From Octopus vulgaris (Eukaryota), in the NCBI GenBank assembly GCA_951406725.2, contig OX597840.1, positions 37,696,001-37,760,000 of the forward strand: a DNA stretch of 64,000 nucleotides, written 5' to 3'. Positions 44,131-57,510 of this stretch are shown here, one piece after another. Both the position numbers and the translations under genes were made by a program. Position 1 is the stretch's first letter; each line of letters starts with the position of its first letter. The notes under the pieces were generated by a model. That model made no database searches. It was not told the origin of the DNA and saw only the letters and a list, made by a program, of their open reading frames with translations.

Positions 44131-45339
44131 CGTACACACATACATATATACATACATACATTCATACATACATACATACACATACATACATACATACATA
44201 CATACATGCATACATACACACATACACACATACATACATACGTACGTACGTACGTACATACATACATACATACATAAATGCATATATGCATACTTATACA
44301 TACATGCATAAATACACTTATACATACATATATTCTCTTATATACATACACACATGCAAGCATGCATACATAAACACATATATATACATGCATGCTCACA
44401 TACGTACATAAACATGGCGCACTTCACTGTATCTCGCATCTTTGACACATACGTATATAATATATTATACACACACACACATACACATACGTATAACATA
44501 ATATACATACTTAGCTAACAAATATGCATACGTAACATAACATCCATACATAGTTACATGCATATATAATTACATGTATATCTGATTACATGCTTCCATA
44601 CATAGTGTCATATATATATACACACACTTAACACAATACACTTAGAAACGCAGACTTTGCTATAATTATATACAAGATCTGATGGGAAACATAGAGTCTT
44701 GGTAGATTTTATATTAAACTTATTTTATTTCAGTCTGTTTTATGTTTTATTTCATTAATTTCGTATTAAAATAAATTACATGCGATGAGTTGTATCTAAT
44801 TTCGTATAACATTAAAGACACAGCTTCGTATCACATAACATACAGAATCGAGATTGTGGAAGTGGTTGGCAACAAGACGAGGGAGTCTCAGTAAATAGCC
44901 AAACGAAATGAAAATATTGTTGTTCTTATTGTTAAGACCAGGTTGGTGCTGATCTCGTGCAGACCTAACCATGACCTTCTCATCTATTCCTATAATAAAT
45001 GTCTCGGCACGACTTTATCTGACCTGTACTTTTATAAAACGTCGGGGGTAAGGTGTAAGTGAGATTTTATTATTTCTAGCAGGTCAAGCGACTTTGTAGA
45101 GGCACATTCGCTGGGAACTATGGAATGACAAACTGGCAATAAGCTGAATACACATGGTTTGAGGCACGTGGGATGCTACCTGGTTGCGCTCTCTACGCGG
45201 CACCTTGCGCAAGTGTCTTCTGATATAACGTTGGGGTGACAGAAGCTTTGTGAGTGGATTTGGTAGATGGAACCTGTACGAAAATCGTCACATATATATT
45301 TATATGTGTGTGTGTGTGTGCGTGTATATATATATATAT

Positions 45340-45740
45340 ACTCTTTTACTCTTTTACTTGTTTCAGTCATTTGACTGCGGCCATGCTGGAGCACCGCCTT
45401 TAGTCGAACAATTCGACCCCAGGACTTATTCTTTGTAAGCCCAGTACTTATTCTATCGGTCTCTTTTGCCGAACCACTAAGTGACGGGGACGTAAACACA
45501 CCAGCATCGGTTGTCAAGCAATGCTAGGGGGACAAACAGACACACAAACACGCATACAAACCTGTATATATATACATATATACGACCGGCTTCTTTCAGT
45601 TTCCGTCTACCAAATCCACTCACAAGGCATTGGTCGGCCCGGGGTTATAGCAGAAGACACTTGCCCAAGATGCCACGCAGTGGGACGGAACCCGGAACCA
45701 TGTGGTTGGTTAGCAAGCTACTTACCACACAGCCACTCCT
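45340..45740 (-). mobile_element. Full-length SINE group 1
   Basis: Close reverse-complement match to 31275-31786. Confidence 0.92.
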
Positions 45741-45751
45741 ATATATATATA

Positions 45752-45940
45752 AAGTTAATCCAAACAAGACAACACAAAAAAACATGACAACGCGAGGACG
45801 TCGAACAAATATAGTATTATTGGACGCTCAGGAAAGAAGGAAAGAAGTAGGTTTTAACGTTTCGAGCGGAGCTCTTCGTCGGAAACATAGGAGAAGGAAA
45901 GACAGAGGAAAAAAATCGCCAACGGTACTCACGAGGTCAC
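45752..45940 (-). mobile_element. Short hammerhead-bearing Penelope-like element, subfamily A
   Basis: Minus strand 45851-45886 reads gttt-CCGACGA-a-GAGC-tcc-GCTC-GAAA-c-GTT-aaaac. Confidence 0.65.
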
Positions 45941-47438
45941 AAGCAATAATAAATCTCTAAGTGAGGCATAAACTGTGGCTGCTCGACAGAGTGAAGTATA
46001 TTTGCCTCAAAAACACTACCATAAAAATTTCCTGGACCGGACTATGCACCACCCATATATACATGCGCGTGCGCGTGTAGATAACACTAGAATATTTAAT
46101 ATAGTATTTTTCCAGGATATTACATTGCTTCGAATTATGAGACTCCTGGAAAAATTCAAGACCTTCGAAAAACTCCTCTCGTGTCATGACTACTCCCAAT
46201 TCCGGTTTCGTTCGGAATGGTACCAGTCATCATTGGTCCCCAGATGCTACTGTAAGTAAGGTGTACAGGTCGGGATGGCGTCTAGATATTTGTCCCATTG
46301 GCAGAACCCCATCACTGTGTCGGAAGGCTCTGGTAACTTAGGAACCACTCCCGTGGCCGAGGGTTAAGAAGGCCTTCCGTCTGAAAGGAAGCTTTTGAAA
46401 GATGGAGGTGATGAGAGTGAACAGTAAATTAAGTGGCAGAATACGCTGCTTTGCCTTTCCCAAGAAATAGGAATCTTCACGAATTTCCACGGAGCACCGT
46501 CACCTGTAGGCATGGCACATGAAAAGAGAGAAAAGCAAGAGAATTGAGAGAGGGGGAGAGAAAAACATTAAGGAATGAGTGAGAGAGGCAGAGAAAAATA
46601 AAGAGAGAGGGAGAGAGGGAGAGAAGAGTGATCATACCTTTGAAATTTCAAGGCCTGACCAAAATACTCCCATCGAATGTAACTAAATGAGGCTCATTTT
46701 ATATCTAGTTCTCGCCTAAAGATCAACACACTTCTTCCGGAATTGCAATTCTTGGATTCTATTGGTGAAGAAGCTTTAGTCAAAACACTGTTGGTCCAAA
46801 AACAATTTCCTCCCTGCGATACTGATTAGTGTTTAAAACGATGGAGTTTCAGTGAGATTTACCTGCTATTTCTAGCAACTCAGTTATGCATTTCTCCCTC
46901 CGTTGCTCTAGATTACAGAAGGCAACAAATAACAACGCATTGGTTGTGTTTGATAAATTCATGCATAAAAAGAAAAAAACTTGATGAACAATCGATTTTT
47001 GGTGGTGAATAAATGTGTCTATGTAATATGTTCAATAATGTTATGTAATAAGTTAAGTAAACATTTATTCATAGCTAAAATAAATTCCATGTTGAAAAAC
47101 AAGGATTTTGGCTGAGTTGCCAAAGAAGCAATGAATTTATAATTCTTGTTTTTCTTCCACATTCATGGCGGTCCTCTTGACTATTTCTTGAAGAGAAAGT
47201 AGCGTCGAAGAATTAATCTTTGACATGATTCAGTCCTTAGACTACGGCCATGCTGGGGCACCACGTTGACGAACTTTTAGTCGATTGAACCAATTCTTGT
47301 AATATTTTTTTGCAAGCCTGCTACTTATTATATCGTCTCATTGCCGAACTGCAAAGTTACAGCAATGTAAACACACCAGCGCTGGTGGGGGTACTAACAT
47401 ATACACAAAGACACAGTCACACACACAGATATGTGTCA

Positions 47439-47515
47439 GGCGGTTTAGATTAAATGGTAAAGCATTCCAACCGGATATTGGAAGGATGTGAGTTCGACCT
47501 TAAATCTGGCTGCCG
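47439..47515 (+). pseudogene. tRNA-like sequence (pseudo-tRNA or solo SINE head)
   Basis: Acceptor-like ggcggtt/ggctgcc, A-box-like tagattaaatgg, stem ttccaa/ttggaa, B-box-like gagttcgacc. The T-stem and U33 are not canonical. Confidence 0.45.
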
Positions 47516-47582
47516 ACAAAGTTTTCTGCTTGTCTTTTTAAAAAGAAAAGGATGTTATCCTTTATATATATATGTATTTATA

Positions 47583-47628
<46 letters not shown>

Positions 47629-47741
47629 TTGCCCATTACTCAATCATCGTTATATTTTATGTAATTATATTATATGTAATTTTCAAGATGGTGTATTTTA
47701 ATTTTTCATGTTGAATTGATAAAAGGTGTTTTTTTCTAATT

Positions 47742-47788
<47 letters not shown>

Positions 47789-48583
47789 TGTGAAATTTGA
47801 TTTAGTATTTCTAATTTGAATTTTTCCCTGTAAATTTGGAATAATATTCCCACATATTATATATATCTTTTTTTTCGGCCTTATGAGTGGTTCACAAGTT
47901 ACCAGATCCTTCGGACACACACGCATACACACACACAAACGCACACACACACATACTACGGGCGTCCTTCAGTTTCCATTACCAACCCCACTCATAAGGC
48001 TTTGGTCGGCCCGGAAATATCAATCAATCTCACGGTCAAACAAATCCCAATATCCAACAAGCTACATAAATAGATTATGTTCCGAACTCAGAATGATGAA
48101 AGCCAAGACCGAAAAATTAAAAAGAAAAAAATAATGTCAGTGTCTGGGACCATTTTGATTTAACGATTCCGCCAGTTCCACACTGCAAATTCTGCGATAT
48201 ACGTAATCATACGTATCTTAATGGCATTTGTATTTTCATAACCCAGACTGGATTGGCTAAACTGTTAATATTGCTAATCGCACTGTCTCGTATCAATATG
48301 GATATAAAATTTTGCTGTTCACAATCTTTGCCTATCAGTTCTTCTGCGCAGTAGTTGTTTATTTTTTTTCGCTAAGTTAACCTCAGTAGTCTGGAAAGAC
48401 AGAGATAAATGATCGCTGATTAGTCTTTAATGAGACACGAAACTTGTCATTTCACTATCCATTACAGACTACCAAAATACTTCGTTTTTTTTAAAAAAAT
48501 AAGACGCATCTAAAAGTCAGACAAACAGGTTTATTTTATATACACATACATACACATTTACAAAAACATTCAGACATGCATAC

Positions 48584-48629
<46 letters not shown>

Positions 48630-48655
48630 TTATGTATATATATATATATATATCT

Positions 48656-48757
<102 letters not shown>

Positions 48758-48919
48758 GTATATATAGAAATATATATACATAGGTATCTTGATATTTGTC
48801 TGGATATAAATTTAGCCATAAGTACGAAACTTGCACTTTACCCTGTCTACATACAGCTGCACACACACACACACATACATACATTCATACATACATACAG
48901 ACAGACAGACAGGCAGACA

Positions 48920-49115
48920 GTTAGCTCCTACACGCATTTTTTTCTCTCTCCTTGTTTCTCTCCGTGTTTCTTTTCTGTGTATCTTTCTGTCGAAGAGCGT
49001 AGGCTCGAAACGTAAAAGACTTGTTCTATTTCTATTCCTGAGTGCCATACTAATACGTTATTTCTTTGTACTCCACCTGCCTTCGTATTTTGTTTATTTT
49101 CGTAAACCTTCCCCT

Positions 49116-49116
<1 letters not shown>
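48920..49116 (+). mobile_element. Short hammerhead-bearing Penelope-like element, subfamily B
   Basis: 48982-49019 reads tcttt-CTGTCGA-a-GAGC-gtag-GCTC-GAAA-c-GTA-aaaga; microsatellites on both sides. Confidence 0.7.
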
Positions 49117-49196
<80 letters not shown>

Positions 49197-49972
49197 ACAT
49201 ATTTATGATCCGGAAATGTGGGCTCCAACCATGGAATGATCTCATACTTCTCCAAATTTCAAGAGCTAGCGATCGGCAAAGAAATTCTTAGAGAAGGTAT
49301 ATTAGGATGAATGAGGGGGTGAATGAGGGGAAGAGATACCATTTTATTTTCTAAACCGTGGCAACGCGGAAAACACCGGGCGGTAGAAAGGGATACTGCA
49401 AACGATTCAAAGATATCGACACCATTAGGAAGAAGGCGTGGTCAAAATTTGTAAAAACAGCCCCCTATACATCATCGATGGCCATAAACATCAGATAATC
49501 AGAGAATTTGGGATTTTCAGCGGCCCCTAATTATGCGACAGTATCTCAAGCCATTTAGAAGAAATTAATTAGGGTAACGTGAATTTACGGCTGTTTCTGG
49601 GAAAACGCGGAGTAGCAGGTTAGCATGTCCGTGCACTGGGAATTCCGTCAGCAGAGAAAAGTTATGACTATTTTAGATGTGGGAAATTTACAGTTTAGAA
49701 GGAATAAAATTTACAGTTTATAAGTTCTATAATAGAATAAACCTAATGTTGGACCAACTATACCACTTACCTAGCGTACCTATTCGTTTGAATCACAACT
49801 GGACTAAATACCTCATATTATATATATATAATCAAAAATAAGCATCAAGTATATCCGAGGTTGCTTATTTTTATTGTAATCACCCCATGGATTTATATGG
49901 ATAATACCATACCAAATTCTAGCGCATTTGACTTAAGTACCATATTCATCTGAATCTAAATTTTGCTGAGAA

Positions 49973-50022
<50 letters not shown>

Positions 50023-50028
<6 letters not shown>

Positions 50029-50680
50029 AAGAAGCTTCCAAATAGGGAAGCGTTGTGCTAGAACACAAAAAAGGGATAAATTCATGAAAGGAATGAAAAT
50101 TAAAACATTTACCATCTCAACTATATCCCAGACCGACGATTTCTAACTATTTCCAGCAAACAAACAAAATATATTTGCCAAGGCCAGTCTCTTCAGTGGG
50201 ATAGCCTTTAAATTTCAGACATACAGACTGCTAGATCCACATGTAGAACTAACGGTTTGTAAATCCTAACTTTTCAAACCTCTGTACAGACGCAAATCAT
50301 ACCCGGCGACAGAGAGGATGCCGGTAAAAAATTTACGAACAAATTTATCAAACAATATTTAAACATAATAAAATAGGGTAATAATAAGAAACTGGCATTG
50401 GCAAATATATTTTGTTTGTTTGCTGAAAATAGTTAGAAACCGTCGGTCTGGGATATAGTTGAGATGACAAATGTTTTAATTTTCATTCCTTTCAAGAATT
50501 TATCCTTTTTGTGTTTGTAGCACTAGGCTTCCTTATTTGGAACCTTTTTATTGTATTTCTATATGAATAATACATAGTCTAATGACTAATTCGTCTTTTG
50601 TGCTAGGTCACTGGTAATAATAATTTATCTTTTATTACCCTTTTTTATTCTGTTTAGTGGTCAGTCCTCAAAATTTTGTA
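50023..50680. mobile_element. Fold-back Penelope-like element in (TA)n, arms about 170 bp
   Basis: 50023-50193 is the inverted copy of 50386-50555; about 190 bp spacer, about 125 bp unique tail, (TA)n at both ends. Confidence 0.85.
50124..50203 (-). ncRNA. Type I hammerhead ribozyme motif, canonical core, long stem II region
   Basis: Minus strand: tatccca-CTGAAGA-gactg...tagtta-GAAA-tcgtcg-GTC-tgggata. 7-bp stem I and GUC triplet; the other arm has a better stem III (accgtcggt). Confidence 0.75.
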
Positions 50681-51411
50681 TGTATATATATATATATATA
50701 TATAAACTTATATATAGATAGATATATAGAAAGATACATATCATATATCTATCTAGATATATAGATAGATAGATTCATGACGTGTATTCTCAAACAGACA
50801 CACAATCGCGCATGCCCATGTACTCCTATAGATTTGTGTGCGTGTGTGTGTGGCATTGTGTAAGCTACGTAATCATTAGTTTCATGGCGTATTCAAAGCC
50901 ACAAAACAACCACTCCACCCACAGCACTGCGCCACCGCTCTATTTTAACCATTTTCCACATAATTCCAATCTCGCTTCCTCGGTGATACTCAAATCATGT
51001 TTATTAAACATTTTCTATATAATTTCACCTGTATATTAATTCATAAAATATATTATCACATTATTTCTTCCTTTTCCTATGTTTTCTTGTCTCGTCTTTG
51101 TATCATGTAGACATCTCGTTTGCCTCGATGGTCACAGTACTTTTACGAGATTTCTTCTTTAATTTTCTCTTTACTTTTTGTTTTCTAAATTCTTTTCTCG
51201 TTTTTCCAACTTCAACTACCACAAAGAAGCAGACTTGGAAAAGTTCAACAAATTGCTTGGAACTCCAAGAAGTCTCCCTCTCTTTCCCTCTGCCCCGCCC
51301 CCCATCCGTCTCAGTCTTTCTCTATTCTATCCCTCTATATTTTCTCTTTATCTCTCTATTTCTGCCTCCCACTCTCTCTTTGCATATATATATATATATA
51401 TATAGATAGAT

Positions 51412-51455
<44 letters not shown>

Positions 51456-51486
51456 GTATGTATATAGAGATACACACACACACACC

Positions 51487-51530
<44 letters not shown>

Positions 51531-51666
51531 ATGTATATATATGCATATATTTACGTATGTAAATGTATATATATACATATATACATATATATATAATATA
51601 TATAATAATATATATATACACACACACGCACTTACATATGTATGTAAATATAGATATATATGCATA

Positions 51667-51714
<48 letters not shown>

Positions 51715-51726
51715 GATATATATGCA

Positions 51727-51783
<57 letters not shown>

Positions 51784-52430
51784 GGACATATGCGTACATG
51801 ATATGATATAGAAGAGTTACGTATTTGTGAGTTATATAGGTATTTTTGGTCATGAATTAAAATACAACTGTCTGAAAGCAACTGAATTTCAATGGGAAAT
51901 GGATATTTTGAAAGAATAAAAATACAACACATCAAAAAAAAAAAAGGAAGAAAAAAACAAGAGTAGAAATTTCTAGAAAGCAGATACAAATAGCTAGCAC
52001 GTTGCTATAAGTTTCAATATGGCGTTGTATCAATGGTGGGAACGTTGGAAATGGCGGTAGAAATTTTAACAATCGTAGACGCGATATATCATAATTGTAA
52101 GAAGACTCTTTTCAACCGACATCACACAGTACAAGATAAGTCTGACATCCAACAATGTTACAACATTCGAAAGAGAAGACAAGATGGCAGAAGTATATCG
52201 CGTGTCAAACGGTATAATATAGCGAAGGCATTTGTTACATCTGCTCATTAACATTTTTCATCTCATACTAAAATATGCTTACGATGACGTTGTTGTGTAG
52301 GCCTCAGGCCGTACACACATACATCTGTCTGTTTCTCTGACAGGCTGTCTGTCTGCTACTCCGTCTCTTTTCGTGTCTGTCTTCAATTATATTTATCTAA
52401 CTGCGCCTGTGTTCGCGATGCATACACTCA

Positions 52431-52496
<66 letters not shown>

Positions 52497-52523
52497 CCTA
52501 TCTCTCTCACTCTCTCTCTCTCC

Positions 52524-52566
<43 letters not shown>

Positions 52567-52569
<3 letters not shown>

Positions 52570-52760
52570 GGAGAGTTCATTAAAAAACAAAAGACGAAGA
52601 CAGGTGGTGTACAAAACAAACAGATGTATTAGTATAACGCTCGGGAATTGAAAATGTCTTTTACGTTTCGAGCCTACGCTCTTCTACAGAAAGGGACACA
52701 GAAAAAAAAAACAAGGAGAGAAAAAAATGTGAGTAGTGGCTAACGATCTATCGTGCCGAC
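52567..52760 (-). mobile_element. Short hammerhead-bearing Penelope-like element, subfamily B
   Basis: Minus strand 52657-52693 reads cttt-CTGTAGA-a-GAGC-gtag-GCTC-GAAA-c-GTA-aaag; (TA)n on both sides. Confidence 0.7.
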
Positions 52761-52761
52761 T

Positions 52762-52814
<53 letters not shown>

Positions 52815-53850
52815 TATACATATATATATATATGTGTGTGTGTCTGTGTGTGTGTGTGAGTGTATGTACGATTGTTACTCTATCTTTTATTCCCTCTCTC
52901 GTTTTTCTTCCTTTTTCCTGCACCCCGACTCTCACTTTCCTTGGTCCTCTCTTTAACTCCCACCATTTCCCACTCGTTTATTTCCCCTGTACCTTTCTCT
53001 TCGTCTCTGATTGTTTTCTAATTCTTCAATCCCACTACCTCATACCCAGATCTCTTCCTTACACATGACCGGTGCCCGGACAGCCATGATCTTTCATTCT
53101 TGGCCTGACTGCCGACCGCCAACGCCTTTTATGTCTACCTCCAATGTTTCTGCATTTAGGCTTTCTCTTCTTATACGCCGGCTCAATTTGATCCGTTCTT
53201 AGTCGAATGACACCTGTTATTATTTCTTGTTGTTTGTATTCATAATTGTGCGCCAAGGTCTCTTTTTTTTTTGTTTTTCTGTCTTTGTTGCCGTACATAT
53301 TCGCTAGCTTTATTACAAATGATTCTAATGCTCTTAGTTTAGACATTTTTGGATGCAACAAAATCGAACCATCTTAAGTGTAGCTGCCCGAAATTGTCGT
53401 GACTTCTGGAAGTTGACAGAGGAAAGGAAGTCACGAATAACCCGTATTTTCTTGCCTATCCTTGTAATTGTTTTTTCTCTTGTCTGCCTTTGTATCGTCT
53501 ATCTGTCCGAATGATTCAATATGTCGTATAGCAAGCTGGAGGCGATGTCTCCTGGGGATAAATAACAGCAACATTCGTCCTAAACCAGGACTGCCATGTT
53601 ATGTTGGCAAAACAATCTTTACTATTAAGTATTTATATATGAATCTCTACTTTTCTTTCATTCACTCATTGTCACACTGTCACAGTCTCTGTGATTGTCT
53701 TTCTCTCTCTCTCTGTACAGACAGACGCAAACACACACAACCACACATACAAATGTATATCCAGACATGTCAATCCACCTAAACATTCATATAAATGCAC
53801 AATCAGTGTGTGTGTGCGTACATGTATGTCTATCTGTATATATATGTATA

Positions 53851-54154
53851 TCACGTGATCGCGTGACCAACCAGACCATCAGATGTTGCTAAACATCGCT
53901 GGTCACAATGCTTTCGTATTGTTTTAGCCTTCGAATGACGCCACCTCGCTGGCTAAGCGAGCATGCCAGCAGAAGAAAGAGTAAGAGAAAGAGTGGTGGA
54001 GGAGTACAGCAGGGATCACCACCCCCTGCCGGAGCCTCGTGGAGCTTTTAGGTGTTTTCGCTCAATAAACATACACAACGCCCGGTCTGGGAATCGAAAC
54101 CGCGACCCTACGACCGCAACTCCGCTGCCCCAACCACTAGGCCATTGCACCTCC
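53851..54154 (-). mobile_element. Full-length SINE group 3 variant
   Basis: Head ggaggtgcaatggcctagtggtt...ggtttcgattccc; the tail differs from other group 3 copies and ends gtcacgcgatcacgtga. Confidence 0.85.
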
Positions 54155-54522
54155 ATATATATGTATATATGTGGTTTATATGTATTCATGTATGTTTGTA
54201 TGGATATATAAAACATTATTCTCCGGTCGAAACAACTGAAACACTTTGGAAATTGCTAGTTATTATATTTATACAGATATTGTATAAAACGTCGTTTGTT
54301 TTCGTAAATGACTCTAAAGGAAAACATAGAATAAACAGCAGCGAAAATTTCATTATCTCTTAATTTTGCAGAGTTATAAGCATACACACGAAAACACAAA
54401 TACATCTATTTCGGTATAAATACGTCTGTCTGCCTCTCTCTGGCTCTTCTTCTCTGCCTCTCTGCATTTCTGACTGATTATTTCATTCTCTCCCCGCCCT
54501 CTCTCTCTCTCTCGATATATAT

Positions 54523-54587
<65 letters not shown>

Positions 54588-54618
54588 TAGATAGTGAGAC
54601 AGATATAGAAATATATAT

Positions 54619-54667
<49 letters not shown>

Positions 54668-54735
54668 TAGATAGTTACATATACACATATAGATATATAG
54701 ATAGACAGATACATACATGCCTACATATATATATG

Positions 54736-54796
<61 letters not shown>

Positions 54797-54815
54797 GTAT
54801 GTATATGTATATATA

Positions 54816-54990
54816 GTTGATATTTACAGAAAACAAAACACGAAGACAGGTGTATGAACAACAAACAAGTGTGTTAGTTTGACGCTCGGGAAGGTGAGAA
54901 AGTCTCTTTACATTTCGAGTCAACGCTCTTCGACAGAAAGGAACATAAGAAAATAAACAGAGAGAAAATAAAAAAATAAAAAACCTGTGA
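54816..54990 (-). mobile_element. Short hammerhead-bearing Penelope-like element, subfamily B
   Basis: Minus strand 54905-54940 reads cttt-CTGTCGA-a-GAGcgttgaCTC-GAAA-t-GTA-aag; homologous to 52567-52760. Confidence 0.65.
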
Positions 54991-55460
54991 ATATATATTT
55001 CCTCCAGGCACTACGAGACTAATTAGCTGTCGTAGAACTCAATATACTCAATGCTAAAGAATGAAGTGTGAAAAGTGTATAGAGCCGTAATAAGAAACCG
55101 AGACGACAAAGGAAATAAGATATTATCTCATGGACTTCAATAGGTTTGTTTCTGCTATCAGATACAATGGACTCATATTTGGGTGACTGCGTAATGACTT
55201 ATAACTTCATCAGTGTCTCGAATATGAACCGTAATGTATTGTGGAAAGAAATTACATTTATGCATTTATAGGGAATAGATTTACGTGCGAGAGCGCCCTC
55301 CCGTGCCGGAGGATGGAAGCCAAGGGCAACACCGATAAATAATAGAAGGTTAATGTTGTGTATAAGAAAGTATATATCTAGATTTGGATAAACGATAGCT
55401 AACTCTAATAGTAAACACACACATATATATTTATATAAATTAATTATTTAATTTTATCTT

Positions 55461-55553
<93 letters not shown>

Positions 55554-55558
<5 letters not shown>

Positions 55559-55905
55559 TATAATTAGGGCTTAGTAAAATAAATTACTTTGCCACATACT
55601 GAACTTAGTAGAAATAGCAGCCAAAAAAAAATGTTTCTTAGCATTTCTACTACTTAAAGAAAATTTCTCTCAGATAATGTTTACTCCAGATTATCTGAGA
55701 GAAATTTTCTTTAAGTAGTAGAAATGCTAAGAAAAATTTTTTGGGCTGCTATTTCTACTAAGTTCAGTATGTGGCAAAGTAATTTATTTTACTAAGCCCT
55801 AATTATATAATGTAATATTTTGAATTCGCCTTAAATGGTCCTTTTACATACTGAACACTTGGTGAAATTGATTAATAACTAATTAATTTTACCCTCAATT
55901 GTTGA
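55554..55905. repeat. Near-perfect fold-back element in (TA)n, arms about 124 bp, 11-nt loop
   Basis: 55554-55678 pairs with 55690-55811 around gtttactccag; about 95 bp tail, then (TA)n. Confidence 0.95.
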
Positions 55906-56127
55906 TATATATATATATATGCATACATATATATATATATATATGTATCTATCTATCTATATATATATTAAAGACAATAAACAGCCAACATCTCAATTTC
56001 AAAAACTTTACCTGAAAATAAAAGACAAACAGAAACAGCAGTCAATTTCTTCCTTCTGTTATTTATTTTCGAACAAACATTTTAAATTTCATTTCTTTGT
56101 ATAACTTCATGCCAAATGACTACGACT

Positions 56128-56459
56128 CTTCTTCTTCTTCTTCTTCTTCTTCTTCTTCTTCTTCTTCTTCTTCTTCTTCTTCTTCTTCTTTTCTTCTTCT
56201 TCTTCCTTTTCTTCTCATTCTTCTTCTTCCTTTTCTTCTCATTCTTCTTCTTCCTTTTCTTCTCATTCTTCTTCTTCTTCTTTTTCTTTTTCTTCTTCTT
56301 CTTCTCCTCCTTCTTCTTCTTCTTTTTTCTTTTTCTTCTTCCTTTTCTTCTCATTCTTCTTCTTCCTTTTCTTCTCATTCTTCTTCTCATTATTTTTCTT
56401 TTTCTTCTTCTTCTTCTTCTTCTTCTTCTTCTTCTTCTTCTCCGCCTTCTTCTTCTTCT

Positions 56460-56493
<34 letters not shown>

Positions 56494-56625
56494 GTTCTTG
56501 TTCTTGTTCTTCTTGTTCTTTTTCTTTTTCTTCCTCATCTTCTTCGTCTGATTATTATGATTATTATTATTATTATTATTATTATCCTCATCATCATCAT
56601 CATCGTCACCATCTTCATCTTCATT
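56128..56625. repeat. (TTC)n-(ATT)n-(CAT)n compound tract
   Basis: Seen directly. Confidence 0.98.
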
Positions 56626-57043
56626 GTTATTTGCATTCCACCGCCCTTCATCCTCGATAACAAAAACATTGCGTCTCTGATCACTTTCACGAATTAACGA
56701 TTCCATCATTGATTTCCTTATTATTTTACATCGTTCGGATCTTACAGAACTCGTTTGACACCGGGGTTAAGTACGTTCTTTACTGCTGTGTTTGCATCTA
56801 GAGTTTATTGCTTTCATCACGGACTTTAGTCTACAAGTTTTTTGAAGTCTGTCTTTTGTTTTTACACTTATGTTATTGATCTCCTTGTTATGGAGGGACG
56901 ACGGCGTTTGGCTTCGGTGTCTTTTGGTAATGGCATCGGTGCGCTGGGGTGGTGTGGGTATTTGGCTACTCTTGTGGGACTTAAAAAGATAAAGGCAGTT
57001 ACTGCTGTAATCTACTCCTGTTCCTGCCGGAATACCTGATGTG

Positions 57044-57083
<40 letters not shown>

Positions 57084-57116
57084 TAGTAATAAAATAATAC
57101 TAATGATAATAATAAC

Positions 57117-57170
<54 letters not shown>

Positions 57171-57510
57171 AATAATAGAAGAAAAATAGAAGAAAAGGTA
57201 GAAGAACAACAACAAGCTCAAGGAGAAAGAGAAGGTCAAGAAAAATAAAGAAGAAGAAAATGAAGGCGGTGAAGAAGAAGAAGAAGAAGAAGAAGAAGAA
57301 GAAGAAGAAGAAGGTGAAGGTGATGATGTGTATGGTGATGGTGAAGAAGAGGAAGGAGAAGATGAAAAAGATGAAGAAAAAGAAGAAGAAGAAGAAGAAG
57401 AAGAAGAAGAAGAAGAAGACGAAGGTGATCATAATGAAGAAGAAGGTGTTTAAGTAGAAGAACAACAACAATAACAGCAACAACAATAACAGCAACAACA
57501 ATAACAACAA
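57044..57510. repeat. (AAT)n-(GAA)n-(CAA)n compound tract
   Basis: Seen directly. Confidence 0.98.

Noticed and set aside
55554-55811. Hairpins as miRNA precursors or intrinsic terminators
   Set aside because: Arms are far longer than pre-miRNA stems, the context is repeat-like and terminators do not apply here; siRNA production is not excluded.
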